DNA of 64,000 nt from Leucoraja ocellata (lineage: Eukaryota): NCBI GenBank assembly GCA_036785375.1, contig JAWMAR010000140.1:2232001-2296000 (forward strand). The letters are read 5' to 3'. The position numbers were made by a program, and so were the translations under genes. Below, piece after piece: positions 1-13,517 of this stretch (positions are counted from its first letter, which is position 1; every line of letters starts with the position of its first letter). Below the pieces are notes generated by a model. It was not told where the DNA came from and did no database searches. It saw nothing but the letters and a program-made list of their open reading frames with translations.

Positions 1-44
1 CAAAATACAATACAGTAGCTTTTTGAACAGGACTATTCCACCAG

Positions 45-266
45 GTTTAGTTTAGTTTAGAGATACAACGTAGAAACAGGTCCTTCGGCCCACCGAGTTC
101 GCACCGACCAGAGATCCCCATACATTAACGCTATCCTACACAAACAATTTACACTTATACCAAGCCAATTAACGTACAAACCTGTACGTCTTTGGAGTGT
201 GGGAGGGAACCGAAGATTTTTGAGAAAACTCTACAGCAACTCTACCTCTGCGCCATCGTGCCGCCC
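45..266 (-). mobile_element. tRNA-derived V-SINE (HE1-like), internally deleted
   Basis: (TTTAG)n tail and body are the reverse complement of the copies at 17812 and 18899. Confidence 0.85.
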
Positions 267-1770
267 AGTTAGATCATGGCAGATCCATAACACAACAACA
301 TGTACTTACCTCAGTTCCATTACTCTCATTAACTTTACCCAGCGCCAAAACAAAATCAATCTCAAACTTAAGCTTTCAATTGTTCAATCTTTAAAAGATT
401 GATGAGAGATTTCAAGATGTAGACTTTACCTAGCTCCTCGAAGCCAAAATTCGTTACCCACCACTCACACCCCTCTTCACCACCCACCCAACACCACCTT
501 GATGTTCTCGGATGACAGGTCAAGTTATTTTTCCCAAATACCCGCTTTCCACTTATACCCCAACACCTCCAAATATCAAAGGTTGCTTTATAAACAAGAG
601 CTGGAGCAGCATTATCTGTCATTTATATTTCATCCAATTATCAACAGCCTTCTCCAACCTCATCTAAATCTGCAAAAGCTCCAAATATAAGTCTGAAACA
701 ATATGAAATGAACAGTTCAACCCAGCTTTGGACTCGCTTTGATCCCCAAAACCAGTCTGAAGTGGATTACATTGATATGATTAACATAATCAGCTCAGTT
801 AATCTTCCTAGGATTGGATGTCGGTGTGCAGTTTAATGTATTTCTATACTTTATCTGATATTTACTTCAGAATGGGTCTCAAGAAGGGAAAGAAATGAAA
901 ATTAATGAAAAGAAAACTGAGGTGGAATAAAAAAGCAGAATTTTCATTAGATGTTATTGTGCATCTAGTACATTCCATTCACAAGCCACTGTTTTTCCAA
1001 TGGAAAGTGACAAGCAATTAGTTTTAATGCGAGAGGTGTGGAAGACAGTAGCTCGAATTAAATATTCCCATTCGTCACATACAGAACAGGTCAGCAGTTC
1101 CACCAGCAACTCGAGGCGGCAGCCACAGCACAGGATTTGTTTGGACTTGCAGGTACTTTTGAGACAGCCTAAAAAACAGCTGTCTGACCCAGAATCATTC
1201 AGCAGCTATGGCAACTGGGTGGGCCAAGTTCAGACTGGACAAACTTTAATCAACGCTGCGCTCCTTGTCCTCCTGATATTTGCAGCCTCCACCTTTTTAT
1301 TTTCAATCAGGTACTTATTATTCAGCACTGCAGTGATGGGTGTTGGTCACACAACCACACAGATGGCGGAGGGTGTGGATGGACTTGACACAGCCATGGG
1401 GCCACATGCACACATCCCTTAGCTTTAATCCCCACAACATGACAGAATTCATTCCAAGGATGTATTGTGTTTATTTATAATCTCTACATATTGCCTCAAT
1501 TTGTCTCCTTTAAGTAGAACTTCCATTACAAAATTAGAAACTGCATTCATAGCAAACTTTAATTGAAGCCACACAGGAGCCAGTAAATGCTGAAATGCAG
1601 GTTAATTTTATTCAGGAAGCAGTTTGAGATCTAAATATAGACTTGTTCAGGTCCTATGCTTGAAACACTCAGAAATCATTATCAATATACTTCTCTGGGC
1701 CTTTAATAAACACACAGGGCAAATATTAACATGTAAAATGCTTAGCATATTCAGACAAATCTCAACTCTT

Positions 1771-1837
1771 GTGTAGGAAGGAACTACCGAAGATAGACAC
1801 AAAATGCTGCAGGAACTCAGCATCTCTGGAGGGAAGG
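1771..1837. mobile_element. Short Penelope-terminal-repeat-derived insertion with 13-bp TSD
   Basis: GTGTAGGAAGGAACT..AAGATAGACACAAAATGCTG flanked by AATCTCAACTCTT at 1758-1770 and 1838-1850. Confidence 0.8.
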
Positions 1838-2684
1838 AATCTCAACTCTTATATAACTTGAAGCCTAACTTTAAAAAAAAACTAAAGTGAATAAAAAAGA
1901 ATTTTGGATACAGCAGCGTGTAGTTCAAGACCATTAATCTTATGCTCCTTAATCAAACAAAGGGTGACGTTGGATACTGTATTATGTGGCTTTGTAAGCT
2001 AGGCTCTGTTCTAGAAATCCAAAGGAACACGGTAATGACATGACCTAGAACAATCCTAACATAAAACTTACACACATTATTTGGTTAAAAGTTGAAACAA
2101 TTTACAAAGAGCCAGAGAGAGGTAAATATCTCCATTAGCTGTTCTTCCAATGAAAATATTAGAATGATCCTAACCTCTATTTATTGAATTTTCCTCAAAA
2201 AAAATTTCAAATCATATATTTGTGTTTGGAAGTATTACCCTGCGAGGGAATACAGCAAAGATGGGTGACAGATCAAGATGCAGAGAGAAACCACTGGCAC
2301 CACTAGAGAAAGGTGGATGATAATCCATCCATAGAAGAATGTGAAGCATGGACTAAAAGGGGAGATTGGCAGCTGAATGCAAGCCTTTACTGGGTGAAAA
2401 TTAGTTACAAGTTGGGTCAAAGCATGCAAAAGTTGAAAATTGAGAATTGAGCAATCCATGTAGAGTCCGAGGCTGTGGAGAGACCACATGGAAATGTCAA
2501 AGACCCAGACGTGTGCTGGTAATGTGGACTCGCAATCTCAATATAGTATCCTTTTTGACATAACAAGAATATTAAGAGTATTTTTCAAAACCCTTGCATT
2601 GCTGACCATTCAAGTGTTGCCAGATAGGACTGAAGACATATATTTGCTGTAGGACAGCAAGTTTTACAAATATTCTATGATAGA

Positions 2685-2790
2685 TACATAGAAAATAGGT
2701 GCAGGAGTAGACCATTCGGCCCTTTGAGCCAGCACCACCATTCAGTACCCAGTTCCTGCTTTTTCTGTTAGCCCTAAAAGCTAAATCTTG
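2685..2790 (-). mobile_element. CR1/HER1 LINE 3' end fragment
   Basis: ATAGGTGCAGGAGTAGACCATTCGGCCC is the reverse complement of the CR1 3' terminus seen at ~7915-7940. Confidence 0.8.
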
Positions 2791-4029
2791 CTGATATGGC
2801 AGCACAATATAAAGGCAGGCTTCTACATTACTGAAGAGGCTTACAGCTCATTGCAAAGTTGCAAAGTAAGCCTGTGACGCAGGCTAACATCTTTTTATAA
2901 TTGGTATTACACCAGGGTAAAACTTCCCAGAGTGGAGGACAATCCTTTGGGAGAAGCCAACACCACAATATCATTTGAGTGAGGATTGTGCAGTTTTGGA
3001 GCAATGGGAATATTCTCCACCCTCAACAGAAAGTATCTCAGAACGAATATCCACAACTTACTTTGTCAATAACTGTGAACTGGTTCACAGGAGTTTCAAG
3101 ATGAGGGGCTGTGCCATTGAAAGGAGTTAATAATGCACCATGAGGTGGAAGGAAAAAGGTTCAGCTTGAGTTACTGAGATTAGATCATTTTAACGTGTCT
3201 GGCGTAGATGATATTGCTGCAAAAGATGAGACCATTTAATTGTTTATGGAATCACTGAACATCCTGAATGAGCCAAATTAAGTTGGATACATTAAGAGAG
3301 GAATTTGTTGCAATGTGGATGCAGTTCAATAGTTCAGAAGATGCTATGTGAGTGATCAAAAGGCTTACTGATATCAATCCAATACAAGGCTGAAAATAGC
3401 TATAACCAAATTGTAAGCAAAGGAACTAATCCAGGACAGAAAAGTAAGAAGGGATGAGTTTGTGACTTCAACAGTGTCTGTATAAAGAAAAAACAGCTGG
3501 CATTTAAAGGCTCTCAATGTCGGTCAGGAATGAGAGGCAAAGTGCAAATAGTGCACAAACATGGATATGTTTAAAAAATAAATACATAATTGGATCATGG
3601 CATATAATAATATACCAAATACAAATGTACAATACATTACTCGTGTTAACAGTTGACGTTCAAAATATAGGCATAATACGATGTACTTATAGTTTGCATT
3701 GTTGCGGAAACAATTATGTTCAAGGAACAACTGTGGTATGAAATTTCATTTGATTAAAAAAATTCCAGATTGGGAACCCTTCCTTAAATTTAAGAAAGGT
3801 TGTTCAACTCATGAGTGATTTCATGAGTAAAGTGTTTGTAATTGGGATGACAAAATATATTTTGTGAGAAATATCACTATATAATATGTATGTGCGTGTG
3901 CGTGTGCGGGTGCGTGTGTGTGTGAATAATCAGTGAACAAACACGTTATAAACATAGAGAGAAAGCAGGGTATAATAGGGTAGAGACTGATTGAAATTAA
4001 ATGGCGTTGGTGCTGGCTGAGGGAAGGCA

Positions 4030-4295
4030 GTGAAATCATAAGTGATAGGAGCAGAATTAGGCCATTTGGCCCAACAAGTCTACTCCACCATTCAATCATG
4101 GCTGATCTATCTCTCCCTCCTAACCCCATTCTCCTGCCTTCACCCCATAACCTCTGACAGCTGTACTAATCAATAATCTATCTATCTCTGCCTTAAAAAT
4201 ATCCACTGACTTGGCCTCCACAGCCTTCTGTGGCAAACAATTCCACAGATTCACCACCCTCTGACTAAAGAGATTTCTCCTCATCTCCTTCCCAA
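4030..4295 (-). mobile_element. CR1/HER1 LINE 3' fragment
   Basis: Translation FSQRVVNLWNCLPQKAVEAKSVDIFKAEIDR is the typical CR1 ORF2 C-terminus. Confidence 0.88.
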
Positions 4296-5167
4296 ACGAA
4301 CGTCCTGCGAACTGTAGCTTGTCTATCCTGAGGAGTTTCAAATAAAGGGAGATGAATGAGAATTGAGGAGAGAAAAATCACTGCTGGATGTGAGAAATAT
4401 AAACTGCTGCCATTCCTGAAAACATAAAGTAAGAAATACTGTTGGAAATTAATACCAAGCAGTCCATGCAGCATCTGTGGAGAAAGGGAAACTGAGTTAA
4501 TGTTATACATGTATTTCACAGGGTGAATACACCTTGTGTGGCAGCACTGTTGATGTATCAACAAGATACCTGTTTATACTAGCCACTGGTAACTGGGGAA
4601 GCTGGGCGTCAACTGCCTGAGTAAACGGCAGTATCAAAGAGTTGCCTGCTATTACTCGGATGGTGGTGGGAGTGGGAGTGGGAAGAACAGAGGGAATAGG
4701 AGTGAAATGACATGGCAGGCCATTGAACCAGAAAGCCACACCTTCCACATAGTAAGAGAGAGCAAAGAAAACATTGCACCACTCAAGGTCACGTTACCAA
4801 TAAGGAATGAGAAAGTGACCTTGGGTAAACATACTATCAGTGTTGCAGCCTTATTATCAGAGGTCAACAGGGCATTGATCACAGCCCATTCGATATGGTT
4901 CTGGCCATGTTTGGAGAGTTATTCTCACCAGTTCTGAGTGCTCTGGATACCTTTGAAGTTGGAATTTTTCACAGAAATGAATAGTTGAGACGGTGAACGC
5001 AAGTACGACCTACTTTTTCTGCTGGCACATGGGATATCACAAGCCATTACTTCACACTTTTCCCCAGAACATCTTGACTGCACAATGTTATGGAGCTGCA
5101 GAATAATCTTTTACATAGATGTTCCCTTGTCTTCAATAATTAGATCAAAGCACTAACCCTAATGTAC

Positions 5168-5520
5168 AGAGAGGGGGCCAGGAAAGAGGGGGTGGGGGGG
5201 GGGGGGCAGGGGCTAGAGGACAGGAGAGAAGGGAAATAGAGAGGTGGGAATGAAGGGGAGATGGAAATGGAAATGGAAAGGGGGAATGGAGATGGGGAAA
5301 TTGAAGTGGGGGAATGGAACAGGGAATGAAGGGGATGACTGGAGGGGTAAATGGAGGCGGTGAATGAAAGGGGGAATTGAAAGGGCAAATGGAAAGGGGG
5401 AATGAAGAGGTTGAATGAAAAATCCAGGGAGGCTTGAGAGAAGAGCAGGGGGGGATAAGAGCCAGGTGGGAGAGTGAGGAAGGGAGGGAGGGGCCAGAGG
5501 AAGAGAGACGGGGGACAAAA
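5168..5520. repeat. G/A-rich low-complexity tract
   Basis: Degenerate GGAAAT/GGGGAAT units; source of the spurious P/S/F-rich minus-strand ORFs. Confidence 0.8.
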
Positions 5521-5654
5521 TCTGACGGAAATGGCCGATTTGCCCCACTGAGCATTGTTCCGCTTCACGGCTTCTGCATTAACTGCCAAATAAAGTGGTT
5601 CTGCTTCCACATGTCAAGCACCTGCTTAAACCCCAATAGACCAGCCTCTACAGG

Positions 5655-6185
5655 TGCACAGTAGAGAGCATGCTGACCGGTTGCATCGTGGCTTGGTTCG
5701 GCAACCTGAGCGCCCTGGAGAGGAAAAGACTACAAAAAGTAGTAAACACTGCCCAGTCCATCATCGGCTCTGACCTTCCTTCCATCGAGGGGATTTATCG
5801 CAGTCGCTGCCTCAAAAAGGCTGGCAGTATCATCAAAGACCCACACCATCCCGGCCACACACTCATCTCCCTGCTACCTTCAGGTAGAAGGTACAGGAAC
5901 CTGAAGACTGCAACAACCAGGTTCAGGAATAGCTACTTCCCCACAGCCATCAGGCTATTAAACCTGGCTCGGACAAAACTCTGATTATTAATAACCCATT
6001 ATCTGTTATTTGAACTTTATCAGTTTATTTATTCATGTGTGTATATATTTATATTATGGTATATGGACACACTGATCTGTTTTGTAGTAAATGCCTACTA
6101 TGTTCTATGTGCTGAAGCAAAGCAAGAATTTCATTGTCCTCTCAGGGACACATGACAATAAACTCACTTGAACTTGAACTTGAAG
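5655..6185 (+). mobile_element. Rex1/Babar-type LINE, 5'-truncated, with open C-terminal frame
   Basis: ORF 5670-5984 (CIVAWFGN..RLQKVVNTAQSIIG..DPHHPGHTLISLLPSGRRYR..RFRNSYFPTAIRLLN) is the typical Rex1 C-terminus; AATAAA followed by an (ACTTGA)n tail at 6166-6183. Confidence 0.88.
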
Positions 6186-7219
6186 ATGAGTTCAAGATGA
6201 AGACAGAATGAAATCACGGGCAGGTATTTTAAAACTATCCACAACCTGCGGAACTAATACTTTGGTACTATCACTATTTGCATATACAGTTTATAAATAA
6301 CTTGCCTGCATTTCAACAACTCCATCTTCGCCACGACTAGCTCACTCCTCCCAGGGAACTATGTTGCGACCCAGAATAGGTTTAAAGAACCCACCCGCCC
6401 TCCCCCTCTTTGCGCAAGGGGGGAGGCAATCAGAATTTTAACTATTGGTCGGGAACCTAATTTTAATATTGTGCTTGTTCTCAAGGGACGTTTCATGGAA
6501 GGAAGGAAACTTCTAAGATCATGCTGTCTTACTTCACTCTAGGAAGTGGAACTAAACAGGTCTCAGCATGTTGGCGGGTTGATGACGTCATCAACACATC
6601 TAAATCACGACATGGGAGGGAGGGAGGGTGGTGGCAGAGAGGTTAGTGGCAGAGTCCGCCTCCAGTAATCGAGACAACTTTTACTAGCTAATCCTAACAC
6701 CAACGGGTCCGTTCTATTTTAAACAGCAAATTAACTTAAAAAGGCAGAGGGGTGGAAGGGGGAACAGAGTGGGGGTGAAAGGGAAATCATTTGTACTCAC
6801 TTTTCCAGCTTGTGAACAGGCTTTCTAAAGTAGTGTCCTGTCACATTCTAAGTGTAGCAAGAAACAGCAACATAAGAAACATCAAAAATCTGTCAAAAAC
6901 AAAAAGCACTGTTGTAATAGAAAACTAAATGGGAAGAAAAACTCTGCCACATATTAATATACACTGTGAAGGTTAATGTCTCATCTTGACAATCTCAACC
7001 AATTTAAAACCACCAAATTACTGAGAATAAACATGTTTTGACCTGTTTTCCTACACTGATGCCTCATGACACATTTCACTTAAAGAGAAAAAGATTTTCA
7101 CAGTGGCTACTTTGGGATTCTCACAGAAATGCTGCATCCTATGAGAACTGGGCCCAAACTCTCAAATTTAGAAAAGTGTGCAATGATCGCTATGAAACAT
7201 TTCTTACAGAGTTTATCAG

Positions 7220-8070
7220 GTTATTTGCCGGGTTGAAGTTTCCCTTGGCTGATGAGTATAGAACTAGGGGTCACAATGAGTAAATAAGAGGTCAGCTATT
7301 AAGGACTGAGATGAGACGATAACTTCACCTAGAGGGTAGTGAATCTCTAATTCACCTAGAGGGTAGTGAATTACGCTATGGAGACTCGGACATTGAATAT
7401 ATTCAAGACAGATCGATGGGCTTTTAAATGTTAAAGGAATCAAGAGATTATTATTGCCATAGAGGGAGTGCAGAGACGGTTCACCAGACTGATTCCTGGG
7501 ATGTCAGGACTGTCTTATGAAGAAAGACTGGATAAACTTGGTTTATACTCTCTAGAATTTAGGAGATTGAGAGGGGATCTTATAGAAACTTACAAAATTC
7601 TTAACGGGTTGGACAGGCTAGATGCAGGAAGATTGTTCCCGATGTTAGGGAAGTCCAGGACAAGGGGTCACAGCTTAAGGATAAGGGGGAAATCCTTTAA
7701 AACTGAGATGAGAAGAACTTTTTTCACAGTGGTGAATCTCTGGAACTCTCTGCCACAGAGGGTAGTTGAGGCCAGTTCATTGGCTATATTTAAGAGGGAG
7801 TTAGATGTGGCCCTTGTGGCTAAGGGGATCAGGGGTATGGAGAGAAGGCAGGTACGGGATACTGAGTTGGATGATCAGCCATGATCATATTGAATGGCGG
7901 TGCAGGCTCGAAGGGCCGAATGGCCTACTCCTGCACCTAATTTCTATGTTTCTATGTTTCAATTAGTGCAGGAAAATAGCACTGAGGTAAAATATCTGCC
8001 ATGATCCTATTGAAAGGCGGAGTAGGAACAATGGGCCGAATAGCCTAATCCTGCTTATATTTCTTATGCA
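7220..8070 (+). mobile_element. Old CR1 3' fragment with a young CR1 copy (7447-7960) nested inside
   Basis: The young part encodes QRRFTRLIPGMSGLSYEERLDKLGLYSLEFRRLRGDLIETYKI and ends in (TTTCTATG)n; a degraded CR1 3' end continues on both sides. Confidence 0.9.
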
Positions 8071-8799
8071 CTGAAATCGTTTAGTCACTCCTATTTAACA
8101 AATGGTATCCTCAAAAGTTCTATCAATACTGGAACTGGAATTATTCATATCAGTCTGCTTGAATGAGAAAGATTGGCAGTCAACGAGAACAAAACGAGGA
8201 CACTAATTTGTCATCATTCTAATGATGGTACCATTCTCCATTCTTCACATTCACAAACTGCTCTTTGCTCTATTGCAAGCATTGTTTCGGTGGTGACCCA
8301 CACAGCCACACACCCATGGAAGTTAGGACAAGTCACCTGGGGTATCACCACAATATTCAAAGTCGGTGGAATTTTATCAGAAGCGAAATTGGACCCCCAA
8401 AGTAACATCAATTAACAGAAACAGAAAAATCTTAGTTAACGTTGAATTAAAAACATTTGGCCGAAAGAGGAATGGATCTTTTAACAGCAACTAACACAAA
8501 CAAATCCATCAATTGCATCCGCATTAGTGCAAATGAGATATATTAATTGTGATGCATTGGTCTACACACTTTTCTTTCAGATTTCTTGGGATGGCAAGCA
8601 TTTGCTTTTTCAACTTCTACTTTTCAAAACTGAAAATGCAATTCAACCTCTAGGTAAAAGGCTAAATTTTGGACTCCAACTACTGAAATCCAGACTTCAT
8701 CCTCCCTCTTTACTCAAAAGTCTAACATTGTCCTTTCAGCTTCAGGTTAAAATTCAACAGGTTCCAAGACAGACATGCAATCTTCCTTAGCAGATGTTC

Positions 8800-11290
8800 A
8801 ATGGCAGGACATTCCCTAACTGAGAACAAAGAATATGGAATCTGCCTCAATGTTCTTATTGAGTAGAACTCTGAACTAGAGAATGTCACAGCTGCAATCA
8901 AAGAGGACATATGGAGGGTTCCAACATTCAGGCAATACAGACTGAGCTCAAAAATAAGATAAGTGCAATCACTGATGAGATTATACTACAGGCTTCACAA
9001 CAACCTGCGGGTGATAGAGGAGCAGATATGTTGACAGGTTAAGGAAAGATGTAAAAGCAAGAGGGTTGTCATAGTGAATGATTTTAACTTCCCCACTATT
9101 GACTGGACTTCCTCAGCGAAGAGGCTTGGATAGGGTAAGATTTGTTAGATGCCTCTAAGGCGGCCTCTTGAAACAGTATGAGGATGGTCCAAGTATACGA
9201 GTGGCCATACTGGACCTTGTATTGGGAAACAAGCTTGGTCAGGTAACTGTGTAGGTAGGAACTGTAGATGCCGGTTTAAAACGAAGATAGGCACAAAATG
9301 CTGGAGTGGGACAGGTGGGGTGGGGAGAAGGAATGGGTGATGTTTCGGGTCGGGACCCTTCTTCAGACATGAGGTAACTGTCTTTTCAGTGGGAGAACAT
9401 TTTAGGAACAGTGATCACGACTGCTTAGAGACTTTCAGATGGTTGTGAATAAGAAGCAAATTATAAAAAGAAAACACATGAAAGTTGAAACCAGTCAGGT
9501 CCTTTAAGGAATATAACAAAAGCAGGAAAGAATTCAAGCAGGAAATTAGGAGGGCCAATATGGGCCATGAAATATCTTCAGCAAGAGAATCCCAAAACAT
9601 TTAATACAGACATTAAAAAGGTAACGAGGGAAAGGGTAGGACAATCAGGATAAAGGAGGGAAATTAGACTTGGGAGTCAGGGGATGTACGCAAATTACTA
9701 AACAAGTACTTTGCATCAGTATTCACCACAGAGAAGGACATGGGGGATAGTGACATCTGCGTGGGTTATAGTTATGTCAGGATATTTTGAGATCAAGAAG
9801 GAGGTGGCACTGAGCTCTAGCAGTAAGAGCAATAAGGTGGATAATTCCCCAAGGCTTGAGTTATCCATCCCAAGTTAATGAACTGAGATTGCTGAAGTCT
9901 TGACACAGATCATTGTATCCTCCCTTGCCATAGGCAAAGTCCTAGATGACTGGAGAGTAGCCAATGTTGTTCCTTTGTTTAAGGAGAGAAATAGGGATGA
10001 TACAGGAAATTAAGGTTTTATGAGCCTCACATCATTGTTTTGGACGCTACTGGAGAGGATGATTAGCGATTGGATTCACGTTTGGAAGAGAATGGGCTAA
10101 TTAGGGGCATTCAGCATGCTTTGTGTGGGGCAAGTCATGTCTTACAAATTTGATTTTGAGTTTCTTGAGGAGGTGAAGAAGGCGACTGGTGGGGGAAGAG
10201 TAGTGGACGCTGTCTACATGGTCTATCGTAAAGCATCTATAGGTTGATCCAGAAGATTAAGATGCCAGGGATCCATGGTGACTTGTGATATGGATTCAGA
10301 ACTGGCTTACCCATGGAAGACTGAGGGTTGAAGAGGAAGGGCGTTCTTCTGGCTAGAGTTCTTGCCTGTGGTGTTTTACAGGGATCTGTGCTATGATAGA
10401 AAAATGACTTGGACAAAAATAGACGAGTTGGTTAGTAAGTTTGCAGACAACACTAAATTTGGTGGAGTTGTGGACAGTGAAGAAGGCTGTCAAAAGACAC
10501 ATGGGATATGGATCAGAGACGGTCGGAGAAATGGCAGATAAAGTTTAATGAAGACAAGTGTGAGGTGTTGCACTTTGGAAGGTCAACTGTAAGGGAAAAG
10601 TTTGTAGTTATTGGCAGGAGTCTTGACAGTATTGATGTACAGAGGAGGCTTATGGGGGGCTTATGTCCATGGCAACACAAGTTCAATGGTTTAATGGTTC
10701 AATCATGCTTTACATTGATGGAGTGGTGAGGGAAACCTTTAGTGAGCTTGCCTTCAGCGTTTGAGGCCTTGAGTACGAGATTCAGAAAGACACGTTGCAA
10801 CTTCATAACATTTTGCTGAGGCCACATTTGGAGTATCGTGTCCAGTTCTGGTCATCCTATTTTAAGAAGGATGTGGAGGCTTTGGAGAGGATGTACGTGA
10901 AGTTTACTAGGCCACTGGTATTAGCTATTAGGCCAGGATGGACAAACTTGGATTGTTATCTCTGGAGCATCAGAGGCTGAGGAGCGACCTGATAGAAGTC
11001 TATAAAACCTACGATAGGTAGACGGTCTGGATTTCTTCCCCGGGGTGAAAATTTCAGAGCCAGAAGGCATAGTTTTAAAGTCAGAGGGGTGAAGTTTAAA
11101 GGAAATGTGCTTGGCAAGATCTTTGTTTCCCAAAGAATATCGTGGGTACCTGGAATGCGCTTGCAGAGGCGGTGGTGGAAGCAGGCAGTTAGGATTATTT
11201 AAATTTGGCATATGTTCAGCATAGACATGGTGGGCCGAAACGCCCATTCCTACGGCGTCCTTTCCAATGCAACTCTGTTCTATGTTCTTC
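8800..11290 (+). mobile_element. Long decayed CR1 LINE ORF2 (endonuclease-RT pseudogene)
   Basis: Remnants of GDFNFP.IDW (9075-9105), DWRVANVVPLFK (9945-9985), KFADNTK (10437-10456), WQIKFNEDKCEVLHFG, RPHLEYRVQFWS; many stops and frameshifts. Confidence 0.88.
9251..9371. mobile_element. Short Penelope-derived insertion inside CR1, 10-bp TSD
   Basis: AGGTAACTGT at 9241-9250 and 9372-9381; contains a minus-strand hammerhead-like core. Confidence 0.8.
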
Positions 11291-11361
11291 CTGGTAATTC
11301 AGTAAATAAATACACAATCCCATAGGATACTATGCCATTCAACAAAGAACAGTTCTCAACA

Positions 11362-12740
11362 AATGTGCAGGAAGGAACTGCAGATGCTAGCAAGGGAAAG
11401 TACCTGGGGATGGGGTGGTTTGGGTGGGAAGGGACGAATTGACCAGGGAGTTACGGAGGGAACGGTCTCTGCGGAAAGCAGAAAGGGAAGGAGATGGGAA
11501 GATGTGGCCAGTGGTGTAATCCCGTTGGAGGTGGCAAAATGTTGTAGGATTATATGGGGGTATTCAAAAATGCTGGAGAAACTCAGCGGGTGAGGCAGCA
11601 TCTATGGACCAAAGGAAATGGGCAACGTTTCTGGTCGAGACCCTTCTTCAGACTTAGATAGGATTATATGCTGTATGCGGTGGCTGATGGGGTGGAAGAG
11701 GACAAGGGGGACTCTGACCTTGTTACGAGTGGGAGGATGGGGAATAAGACCGTTCCCTCTATTACTACCTCGTCAATTCGTCCCTTCCCACCCAAACCAC
11801 CCCCTCCCCAGGTACTTTCCCTTGCAACCGCAGGAAATGCTACACTTGTCGCTTTACCTCCCCCCTCGTGACCTAAGCAGTCATTCCAGGTGAGGCAGAG
11901 GTTCACCTGCACCTCCTCCAACCCCATCTACTGCATCCGCTGTTCAAGGTGTCAACTTCTCTACATCGGCAAGACCCGGTGATTGCAGGCTCGGCGATCA
12001 CTGCACCCAACGCCTCCGCTCAGTTAGTACTAACCAACCTGATCTCCCGGTTGCTCAGCACTTCAACTCTCCCTTCCATTCCGAATCTGACCTTTCTGTC
12101 CTGGGCCTCCTCCATGGCCAGAGTGAGGCCCAGCACAAATTGGAGGAACAGCACCTCATATTTCGCTAGGTAGTTTATACCCCTGCGGTATGAACATTGA
12201 CTTTTCTAATTTTACATAGCCCTTGCTTTCTCCCCCCTTCCCCTCCCCTTCCCCTCCCCCTCCCCTTTCCAGCTCTCCCACAAGCCTACTGTCTCCGCCT
12301 CTTCCTTTCTTTTTCCCGCCTCCCCCCCCCCACATCAGTCTGAAGAAGGGATTCGACCCGAAACGTCACCTATTCCTTCTCTCCATAGATGCTGTCTCAC
12401 CCGCTGAGTTTCTCCAGCATTATTTGTCTACCTTCGATTTTTCCAGCATCTGCAGTTCTTTCTTAAACAGGACACAACAGGATTACTTTGAAGGTGGTGC
12501 AACTTGGGTGGGGGAGGGATGGAGAGAGAGAGGATGCAAGAGTTACTTGAAGCTAGAGAAATCAATATTCAAATCACGGCTGTAAGCTGCCCAGGCAAAA
12601 TATGAGTTGCTGTTCCTCCAATTTGCAATTGGCCTCACTCTGACAATGGAGGAGGCCCAGGTCACAAAGGCCTGTGTGGGAATGGGAAGGGGAATTAAAT
12701 GGTTTGGTAATCGGGAGATCAGGTAGGTAGACCAGGCAAA
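11362..12740. mobile_element. Rearranged Penelope-like element cluster (GIY-YIG fragments in both orientations plus terminal repeats)
   Basis: 11750-12220 is similar to the GIY-YIG region at 34390-34830; 11391-11552, 11657-11745 and 12480-12740 are reverse-oriented pieces; terminal repeats at 11362-11388, 11565-11653 and 12336-12468. Confidence 0.85.
12337..12370 (+). ncRNA. Minimal type I hammerhead ribozyme motif (Penelope-associated)
   Basis: gt-CUGAAGA-a-GGG(auucga)CCC-GAAA-cg-UC-ac: all core nucleotides present; palindromic ACGU helix III. Confidence 0.65.
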
Positions 12741-13049
12741 CCCAACACATGTCAAAATAGTTCACAGTCATCACGGGGACAATATTATTCATTATAATGG
12801 ATCCAACACCCACGGACCAATAATGCAGCAGAATAATGCAAAGTTTCCACTCCTGCTGCTTTCTAACATTCTCATTTTATAATGACACAGGAGGCTATTC
12901 AGCCCACCAGGTGAGTAGCATCTCGCAAGGGAGCAGTCCCATTAGTCTCTCTCCCCCTCCTTATTTTCCCTGTACCAATGCAACTTATTCAATCTCATAC
13001 TGTATGTGGCCATCAGTTCCATTTTAACTTTTTGGCCACAAACCTACAT

Positions 13050-13240
13050 AAGCAGATAACTTAACAGTCGTCAATTAATTTACCAGTGGCTTTGTGAATG
13101 TGGAGGAAACCGGAGCACCCAGAGGAATCCATGTGGTCACAGAGAAAATCTGCAAACGTCCTGCAGACAACACCAAGATCAGGAAGAGACCCACATCCCT
13201 GAAACTGTGAGGAAGCAGAGCTAACTGTTTTGTCACCATA
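13050..13240 (-). mobile_element. Old V-SINE
   Basis: GTGGAGGAAACCGGAGCACCCAGAGGAATCCA is the reverse complement of the V-SINE central domain. Confidence 0.75.
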
Positions 13241-13254
13241 CAGCTCCTGCTCAA

Positions 13255-13517
13255 CAATGAACTCGTAATGGTCAACTACGAGTAAAAAGTAACCATTTTT
13301 TTCCATCAGAAGTATTTTTTTACTCGTGGACATTTTTTACAGGGGTGAAAAAACGTCACGAGTTTACCAGATTTCCTGAGTACCTACCGTTAGCATTACG
13401 AGCCGCTACGAGACATCCACGAACTCCTACGGACCCGCTACGGACATTCTCCGAGTTCGAATCAGGGGAAAACTCGGGAGAACTTGAGAATTACCTCGTA
13501 CAGTGGGACAGGGGGCT
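13255..13517. mobile_element. Partial PIF/Harbinger-like MITE (one end only)
   Basis: CpG-rich block ending AGTGGGACAGGGGGCT+TTA, like the terminus of the MITE at 29689; left TIR not found. Confidence 0.6.

Larger units (their letters stand above)
2230..5000 (-). mobile_element. Possible very old fragmented LINE (L2-like) relic interrupted by younger repeats
   Basis: Impression of decayed coding-like sequence at 2240-2520, 2900-3480 and 4640-4990; no intact motif. Confidence 0.25.

Noticed and set aside
5140-5610. Three overlapping Pro/Ser/Phe-rich ORFs
   Set aside because: Low-complexity artefact.
7324-7371. 21-bp direct repeat (CRISPR-like or regulatory)
   Set aside because: Simple tandem duplication within a decayed CR1; only two copies in eukaryotic DNA.
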